A stretch of DNA of 64,000 nucleotides. Origin: Patescibacteria group bacterium. GTDB lineage: Bacteria; Patescibacteriota; UBA1384; XYA2-FULL-43-10; 1-14-0-10-43-13. The notes beneath the pieces are model-generated. The model was not told the origin of the DNA. It made no database searches and saw nothing but the letters and a program-made list of their open reading frames with translations. The position numbers and the translations under genes were made by a program. The DNA is taken from assembly GCA_041671645.1 (NCBI GenBank), contig JBAZBD010000001.1, positions 543,234 through 607,233 of the forward strand. The letters run 5' to 3'. Within the stretch, counting starts at the first letter, position 1; each line of letters opens with the position of its first letter. Shown here piece after piece: positions 58,285 to 64,000 of this stretch.

Positions 58285-58464
58285 ATGGCCGAACCAAAAA
58301 AGCGAACGAATAATTCTAAGCAGGGCATGCGCCGAATGCACGACAAGGTTATCAAACCTGCCGTAGTGTTTTGCGAACAATGCCATGAGCCAAAAGTTGC
58401 TCACCAGGTTTGCTACAATTGTGGCACCTTTGCTAAGAAACAAGTTCTCGATATCAAAAAATAA
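58285..58464 (+). CDS. rpmF: 50S ribosomal protein L32
   Basis: 59-aa ORF not in the supplied track: 'MAEPKKRTNNSKQGMRRMHDK...CEQCHEPKVAHQVCYNCG', with the L32 N-terminus and zinc ribbon. Confidence 0.75.
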   Translation: MAEPKKRTNNSKQGMRRMHDKVIKPAVVFCEQCHEPKVAHQVCYNCGTFAKKQVLDIKK

Positions 58465-58485
58465 TCAAATCTTTGGAAGCCAACT

Positions 58486-58944
58486 ATGAATCGCCATCTT
58501 TCTAGAATGATTGCCATGCAGACTTTGTATGAACTGGATTTCCGTCCAGAATCAAACAAAGAAGAAGTGATGGATCGAAATGTCAGTGAATATGCTGATA
58601 AATGCGAATCTGATTTTGTCGATCTCTTGGTAGATGGTGTGTCGAAGTTGAAAGATGAGCTAGAAAGCATCGTTACCGAATCCGCTCCAGAATGGCCGAT
58701 GGACCAGATTTCTTTGATCGATAGAGAAATCCTTCGGATTGCGATATATGAGTTGCTTTATGTAAATGACATTCCGCCCAAAGTCTCTATCAACGAAGCA
58801 GTCGAGCTAGCCAAACAGTTTGGTGGGGAGAACTCATCTAAATTTGTGAATGGTGTATTGGGTACTGTTTACAAAAAGTACGAGAACAAGATTTCAAATA
58901 AATTACAATCAAACCAACAAGGAGAACATGACGACATTAGCTGA
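58486..58944 (+). CDS. nusB: Transcription antitermination factor NusB
   Basis: '[15 protein letters not shown]' NusB N-terminus. All-helical, 152 aa. Confidence 0.85.
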   Translation: MNRHLSRMIAMQTLYELDFRPESNKEEVMDRNVSEYADKCESDFVDLLVDGVSKLKDELESIVTESAPEWPMDQISLIDREILRIAIYELLYVNDIPPKVSINEAVELAKQFGGENSSKFVNGVLGTVYKKYENKISNKLQSNQQGEHDDIS

Positions 58945-59629
58945 GTTCGAAGAATCAATTGGGGTACAATTCAGGGATAAATCGCTTCTAGAGCAGGTAT
59001 TTATTCATAGATCGTATCTCAACGAACACAAAACTCTGAATTTAGAGCACAACGAGCGGCTCGAATTTTTGGGTGATGCAGTTTTGGAACTTGCAGTGAC
59101 TAAATATCTTTATGCCAATTACGACAAGCCAGAGGGCGACCTGACTAACTGGAGAAGCGCTCTAGTAAAAGGTGAATCCCTCTCTGTCGAAGCCAAGCGA
59201 ATCGGTCTCGACCAGTTCCTCAAAACATCTCGTGGCGAAGCCAAGAATATGGGCAAAGCCAGAGACATTTTGCTTGCCAACGCCTTCGAAGCACTAATTG
59301 GCGCAATCTATTTGGACCAGGATTTCGACGAAGTCTACAATTTCGTATTGAAGAATATCATTTACAAGCTAGAAAATATTCTCGAAAACGGTCTACACTT
59401 CGATGCCAAAAGCCGCTTCCAGGAAATGTCCCAAGACAAATTTGGTATTACACCTTCATACGAAGTTGTAAGCGAAATTGGTCCAGATCACAACAAAATA
59501 TTTACGGTAGCTGCATATTTGAACGAGAAGAAAGTCGGCCAGGGCGAAGGCTCCTCAAAACAAAAAGCCCAGACTGACGCCGCTCAATCTGCACTTGATA
59601 AGTGGGAAGAGATAGTAAAAAGCTCATAA
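58928..59629 (+). CDS. rnc: Ribonuclease III
   Basis: '[20 protein letters not shown]' RNase III signature plus a C-terminal dsRBD. Start is ATG 58928 after AAGGAG, overlapping the end of nusB. Confidence 0.9.
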   Translation: MTTLAEFEESIGVQFRDKSLLEQVFIHRSYLNEHKTLNLEHNERLEFLGDAVLELAVTKYLYANYDKPEGDLTNWRSALVKGESLSVEAKRIGLDQFLKTSRGEAKNMGKARDILLANAFEALIGAIYLDQDFDEVYNFVLKNIIYKLENILENGLHFDAKSRFQEMSQDKFGITPSYEVVSEIGPDHNKIFTVAAYLNEKKVGQGEGSSKQKAQTDAAQSALDKWEEIVKSS

Positions 59630-59664
59630 AGTCCGTAAAGTCTATAAAGTCCCTAAAGTCCATT
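59629..59664. repeat. Tandem 9-bp repeats (AAAGTCYNT x4), left array
   Basis: aaagtccgt aaagtctat aaagtccct aaagtccat, immediately after the rnc stop. Confidence 0.55.
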
Positions 59665-59682
59665 GATCCCGAAGTCATAGAA

Positions 59683-60033
59683 CTATGTATCTAAAGATTT
59701 AATCAAGCCTGATAATATTTTTGATATTTCTGTTGATTTATCTGCTATTAATTTGAACTGACCATTATCCAGATATTTAAACTCGTCGGCAAGATAGCTC
59801 ATTGATCTTACCTCGCCACAAGATCCCTTTGATATAAATAGAAAGTGCTTGAATTCCCTATCTCCTCTCCGCTCGAATCCTTCGGCAATATTGTTCATTA
59901 TAGAAACTGCGGCCCGCCTAAACTGATCACGGAAAGAGAAGTCTCTCCACTTTTCCGATAAGTCATAGCAGAAGATTACTAAGTCCTTAGCCTTTTGCCA
60001 TGCGATTATTTCCTCAAAGCGTTCAATTTTCAC
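59683..60033 (-). CDS. Four-helix-bundle protein (23S rRNA intervening-sequence protein family)
   Basis: 'EIIAWQKAKDLVIFCYDLSEKW...FRDQFRRAAVSIMNNIAEGFERRGDREFKHFLFISKGSCGEV' matches the TIGR02436-type family. GTG start after GGAGG. The track's longer ORF is an upstream extension. Confidence 0.7.
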   Translation of the reverse strand: MKIERFEEIIAWQKAKDLVIFCYDLSEKWRDFSFRDQFRRAAVSIMNNIAEGFERRGDREFKHFLFISKGSCGEVRSMSYLADEFKYLDNGQFKLIADKSTEISKILSGLIKSLDT

Positions 60034-60051
60034 ATGCCCTCCTCGTCCCCT

Positions 60052-60085
60052 GACTTTATGGACCTTTGACTTTATAGACTTTCGA
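60052..60085. repeat. Inverted copies of the 9-bp repeat, right array
   Basis: gactttatg gaccttt gactttata gactttcgac is the reverse complement of the TAAAGTC units. It abuts the stop of the carboxypeptidase gene. Confidence 0.55.
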
Positions 60086-61048
60086 CTAGTTTGTCCCCCA
60101 ATCAACATTGGCCCAACCCCAGTCGAGAAGCTTTCTGGCCTCAGTTGCTGACGCTTCTGGTGTATCATAAGTGGTGTAGAGAATGATTGCATACAAAGTA
60201 TGATTATCTCTCTCCGCTGCCGCGACCAGTGAATGGCTTGCCTCTGGCATATAGCCAGTCTTAACGCCCAAGGCACCTGGATAATTCCAATCAGATACTA
60301 ATCGGTTGGAATTTTTTAGTTGATGAGTGATCTTGCCAGTCACGTCCGTGACTGAACTCTCGGCTGTTCCAACTATTTTGGCGAAAAGGGGCTTTTGCAT
60401 TGCATACTCAGTAATGATCGCTAGATCATGCGCAGTAGAGTATCCCGTTGTATCGAGCCCAGCCGCGTCGTGATAATCTGTGTCGTACATTCCCAAGGAC
60501 TTCGCCTTGTCGTTCATCATCCGCACAAACTTGTCCGTCCCAGTTTCACTGGGGGAATTTATATGTTCAGCTAGCGCATAGGCCGCTCTGTTTGATGAAA
60601 TAATTAGTAATACATCAAGAAGGTTTTCAACTGTAATTTTCTCTCCTGATTTTGTTGTTGGATCCATGCCCACCTGGATCGCTGCTTCGCGAGATATTGT
60701 GACGACCTCATCTAATTTGTAGTTCTCAAGCACGATAGTCGCGGTCATGATTTTCGTGGTAGAAGCGATAGCAGTCTGTGTATCAGCGTCGTTGGATACG
60801 AAGACCGTATCTGATGTCGGGTCCATGAGAAGGTAGTATTTGGCATAAATATTTGAGGGAAACTTTGCAAAATTACCGACCTTTGGCGGCTCTTTGAGCT
60901 CCGGAAGTATCAATTCTTGGATAGAAGCGTGGGCCGCAGAATCAGAGCCAGAACGATCTGAAATGATCGACCTATCAATATTATTTGCAATTCCGCCCAT
61001 ACCAAAGGAATTCAAAATAATTGAAAAGATTATTGCTAGCTTCATCAT
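60086..61048 (-). CDS. D-alanyl-D-alanine carboxypeptidase (peptidase S11, PBP5-like)
   Basis: Active-site 'ASTTKIMTA' SxxK motif and an N-terminal signal/anchor. Confidence 0.8.
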   Translation of the reverse strand: MMKLAIIFSIILNSFGMGGIANNIDRSIISDRSGSDSAAHASIQELILPELKEPPKVGNFAKFPSNIYAKYYLLMDPTSDTVFVSNDADTQTAIASTTKIMTATIVLENYKLDEVVTISREAAIQVGMDPTTKSGEKITVENLLDVLLIISSNRAAYALAEHINSPSETGTDKFVRMMNDKAKSLGMYDTDYHDAAGLDTTGYSTAHDLAIITEYAMQKPLFAKIVGTAESSVTDVTGKITHQLKNSNRLVSDWNYPGALGVKTGYMPEASHSLVAAAERDNHTLYAIILYTTYDTPEASATEARKLLDWGWANVDWGTN

Positions 61049-61773
61049 TATAAGATTGACTCGAGATTAATTTCTTTGCTTTCCCCAGGTTCGAGACCAA
61101 GAGACTCGAGAGATAGTTTAGCCACTCTAGTCCTCACTAATTTTACAACCTGTAAGCCAATTTTATCACACATCCGTCTGATCTGTCGATTGTATCCAGT
61201 GTGGAGAACCATGTTCAATGTGATCAATTTTGATTCAGGATTTTCATTGATTACGATCACCTTATCAGCGTACATTCGCTTCGTATCGATATATAATCCG
61301 TTTGTAAACATTTTGACGATTTGTATCGAGCCGACATGAGGATCTAGCTTACCCGTCCGAGCCTCTGCCACATATTCCTTCTCGTGTTTGAAACTTGGAT
61401 GAGTTAGCTTTTGGGTCAGATCACCATCGTTGGTCAGAATAACCAATCCCTCGGAATATTGATCAAGGCGACCGACTGGATAAATTCGCGGAGACGCGGG
61501 AAAGAAGTCTAGCACAGTTTTTCGACCCTGCTCATCATCTGAGGTTGTGACGACACCTTTGGGTTTGTAAAAAGCGAAGTAGACAAGGCTGTCTGATTTC
61601 TCAATCTTTTTGCCGTCAAATAATACTTCGTCTTTGTCTGAGTCAATTTTCACTCCGAGCTCCCGACTAACCTGACCGTTTATCGATATTTTGCCAGCCA
61701 AAATATGCTCGTCGGCCTGTCGCCTAGAGCATACTCCAGATTCTGATAGATATTTATTGATTCTTATTTGCAT
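61048..61773 (-). CDS. Pseudouridine synthase (RsuA/RluB family) with S4 domain
   Basis: S4 'RINKYLSESGVCSRRQADEHI' and catalytic 'GRLDQYSEGLVILTNDGD'. Confidence 0.8.
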   Translation of the reverse strand: MQIRINKYLSESGVCSRRQADEHILAGKISINGQVSRELGVKIDSDKDEVLFDGKKIEKSDSLVYFAFYKPKGVVTTSDDEQGRKTVLDFFPASPRIYPVGRLDQYSEGLVILTNDGDLTQKLTHPSFKHEKEYVAEARTGKLDPHVGSIQIVKMFTNGLYIDTKRMYADKVIVINENPESKLITLNMVLHTGYNRQIRRMCDKIGLQVVKLVRTRVAKLSLESLGLEPGESKEINLESIL

Positions 61774-61829
61774 TTCAATACTATAACAGAAATACGATGC
61801 TTTTCCTACTGTTGATCATATAATATTGA

Positions 61830-64000
61830 TTATTCTTTGCCAAGTTGAGTAATTTGGTCAGAAACTTTTGTTCTCGCTGCTTCCAATTCTGCCCTTGAGG
61901 TGATTTCTGGTGGTAATTTCGCGATAACAGCCTGGCTCTCCTCGAGTTTTTTGCTTAATTCATCAATCTCTGATTCAATTTTAGCGCGAATAATGTCGGG
62001 ATTGAGCTGTGCATTAAGTGCTAGATCCAAAGCCAACTTGGCTGCCACTGCTTCCTCGTTGTGTTTAGGATGCATTTTTTGTATGAAGTTTCTACGATTG
62101 ATATCAGCAACGTCAGCCGTAGTATTGATTACTTGGTTATTCAACCTTGTATCCAAATTGGTAAGGTCATCTTGTTTTTTTTCTATAGATTGATTCGATT
62201 TTTTAATATCTTCAAAAATATCGCCTTGTTTTAGAATAGAATCAAAAAGTTCCTGGGTTTGACGGAGTTCCGCCAAACGAGACTGCAGCTTCTTTTCAGC
62301 ACCAGACTCAACTTCACCCGCAGTCCGAGTTAGCGCTTCTCTATAGTCGGATTTTATCTGCTCAACTGTAGCTGCGGTAATATGTGGCGCAGGATATTCG
62401 CCGCTCGCCTTTGTTGGGATTATCGCTCCGCTATCATCAAGCTTGAAACCACCAATCTCCAACATTTTCTGAGATTTAGGGTCATTAAATGCATTCTTGA
62501 GCCCGCCATCGAAGAACCCATCACTCGACGTGACTAGATTCATCGTAGGTAAAAGCGATGAAAAAACTCTTTTTATAGTCCCGGTATTGTAAGACTGTTC
62601 TGACTGGGATAGCCTTGTGGAGTAAGTTCTAGTACCCCCCTCCATCGCACTGACCGCGTCGACAATTTCAGCTAACGGGCTATTGCGGGAATAATCAGGC
62701 GCAGCATTGCTGTCTCTAATAGTCATGGCGTCACGTAATGCAATCCCCATCACTAAGCCTGCTTTTTCCTTTCTGCTGTATGGGCTTTGGTCGCTAGTCG
62801 CTGTATTAATTGCATTATCAAAACTTGCGTTACTTGTTATGCCTTGTAGAATCTTACCGATTTCGTTGCGCTTATCGCCGATGTTTTCACCCCTTATCTT
62901 CATGGCCGCGAAGGTATTCGCAATATATTCTACAATGATGTCGTGAACTCGTTCTTTTGGATATATGGCGTCTTTGCCATTATTTGACTTCCAAGTATCT
63001 TCCAAATGTCTTGTTGTAGTACCTATCTGTTCAGAATACTGTTTTTCGATATTGGCTTTCAAACTACCGACATTCGACTCGTGCTCAGCGACGACAATCT
63101 CCTCGATTTTTTCTCGCTGCCGTATATATGCCTCTACCGACTTTGCTCGATCTTCTGGCATCTGACCCGGCATAGCAATTGGTTCGCCTTTAGTCACCTT
63201 GGATCCCTGAAAGTCCTCATATGGTCTATCGAGCCGTTTCGTCCCAAGCACTCCGCTTTCTCTAGCTGCTTTGACAAAATTAATAAATTCCATTTGAGAT
63301 TGGATGACCCCGGACGATGATTCTGTGAGAGCTGTTCGCTGGTTCACATTTAGACCTTGGTCGTGCGACATCTCGGGGTTATTATAATCTAGGGCAATCA
63401 CAAGATCTCTAAAGTCATTGGCGATTTCATTATGACCAGTCGTAAACATTTGCCTCAGGGCAGCACCTATTAGAACCCCTCTATTTTGCTCTGACTTTTT
63501 ATCGTCGACCACACCACGCTCTTTGTTCTTTGCGTTCAGCTCAGTACTAAAAGGTGTATAGTTTGGTTTGGCATCAATTTGGCTGGTGCGTCCGCTATTG
63601 GTGCTGTTCAAACCAAGCATAATCCCACTAATTGTCTGGCTATCAATTTGATCGACTTCGATACCAAGTCGCTGGGCCTCTCCCTTAATCATAAGGTATA
63701 GCGCCTCTCTCATCACACCAGGAGAGACCTCCTTGTCTAGACCATTATGACTTGTTTGGCTGATAAATGATTCAAGTTTCGACAACGCTCGCTTGCTAAA
63801 AATAGCATCAACCTTGTCCTGCTCTTTAGCACGTTCGGCATCTTCGGCATATAATTCTACTAAGCCTGGGTGCTCCAGCAGCTGGTCAATCTGTGTTTGT
63901 AGTGTCTCAATCTCCTCACGGTCTTGCATTGATAATTCGCTTAGTGTCTCAATATTACTGGAGACGTCGGCGCGCAGCACACTTAGCTTGCCGAGTGACT
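61830..64000 (-). CDS. Large hypothetical coiled-coil-rich protein (5' end beyond the window)
   Basis: More than 716 aa, low complexity, many predicted coiled-coil segments, no recognised domain. The ORF is still open at the window edge. Confidence 0.45.
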   Translation of the reverse strand, partial: SLGKLSVLRADVSSNIETLSELSMQDREEIETLQTQIDQLLEHPGLVELYAEDAERAKEQDKVDAIFSKRALSKLESFISQTSHNGLDKEVSPGVMREALYLMIKGEAQRLGIEVDQIDSQTISGIMLGLNSTNSGRTSQIDAKPNYTPFSTELNAKNKERGVVDDKKSEQNRGVLIGAALRQMFTTGHNEIANDFRDLVIALDYNNPEMSHDQGLNVNQRTALTESSSGVIQSQMEFINFVKAARESGVLGTKRLDRPYEDFQGSKVTKGEPIAMPGQMPEDRAKSVEAYIRQREKIEEIVVAEHESNVGSLKANIEKQYSEQIGTTTRHLEDTWKSNNGKDAIYPKERVHDIIVEYIANTFAAMKIRGENIGDKRNEIGKILQGITSNASFDNAINTATSDQSPYSRKEKAGLVMGIALRDAMTIRDSNAAPDYSRNSPLAEIVDAVSAMEGGTRTYSTRLSQSEQSYNTGTIKRVFSSLLPTMNLVTSSDGFFDGGLKNAFNDPKSQKMLEIGGFKLDDSGAIIPTKASGEYPAPHITAATVEQIKSDYREALTRTAGEVESGAEKKLQSRLAELRQTQELFDSILKQGDIFEDIKKSNQSIEKKQDDLTNLDTRLNNQVINTTADVADINRRNFIQKMHPKHNEEAVAAKLALDLALNAQLNPDIIRAKIESEIDELSKKLEESQAVIAKLPPEITSRAELEAARTKVSDQITQLGKE

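Overview
This window reads as a compact, gene-dense bacterial chromosome segment with the standard genetic code (TGA is used as a stop). Gene content suggests a small-genome fermentative organism, possibly Candidate Phyla Radiation/Patescibacteria, but that assignment is inference from gene content only.

From 41 to 37458 nearly every gene is on the minus strand. Calls in this run:
- Cell division and stress: nrdR, ftsZ, ftsA, dgkA, ybeY, an HDIG membrane protein, a YqeY-like protein, rpsU, a HIT protein, an SprT-like protease.
- Housekeeping: eno, a DUF3048 protein, trxB, a LytR_C protein, lexA, rlmD, hisS, rel, clpC, nusA, pyk.
- Cell envelope: a U32 peptidase, three glycosyltransferases, mreB, murA.

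From about 37.5 kb to 48.6 kb the genes run on the plus strand:
- A PEGA-domain protein; a sortase and tRNA-Leu(CAA) sit on the minus strand within this stretch.
- A fermentative block: pgi/pmi, gpmI, a degenerate gpmI paralog, ADP-forming acetyl-CoA synthetase, and a three-gene 2-oxoacid:ferredoxin oxidoreductase.

The rest of the window contains rarA, a SAM methyltransferase divergent from a bacterial Elp3 homolog, a small accessory islet ending at tRNA-Ala(GGC) with a GIY-YIG gene, then leuS, rpmF (missed by the ORF track because it is under 60 aa), nusB, rnc, a four-helix-bundle 23S-IVS-type protein, a D-Ala-D-Ala carboxypeptidase, a pseudouridine synthase and a large coiled-coil protein running off the end.

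The most notable accessory features are:
1. An AT-rich island at about 23.0-27.9 kb. It holds an overlapping Dcm/HNH restriction-modification pair, an SDH/S49-like serine peptidase with a small partner ORF, RadC and two unknown membrane proteins.
2. A PaaX-like regulator (winged helix plus Cas2-like domain) bracketed by two copies of a 38-bp internally palindromic repeat.
3. A hypothetical tandem-repeat, Cys-rich protein flanked by two copies of an 80-bp bidirectional terminator module.
4. A GIY-YIG gene between tRNA-Ala and a 20-bp copy of the tRNA 5' end.
5. A four-helix-bundle gene bracketed by inverted arrays of a 9-bp repeat.
6. A roughly 600-bp non-coding gap carrying a promoter- and terminator-bounded candidate structured RNA of unknown family.

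No rRNA genes and no CRISPR array were seen. Protein families were assigned by eye from conserved motifs. Coordinates set by hand may be off by 1-2 nt.
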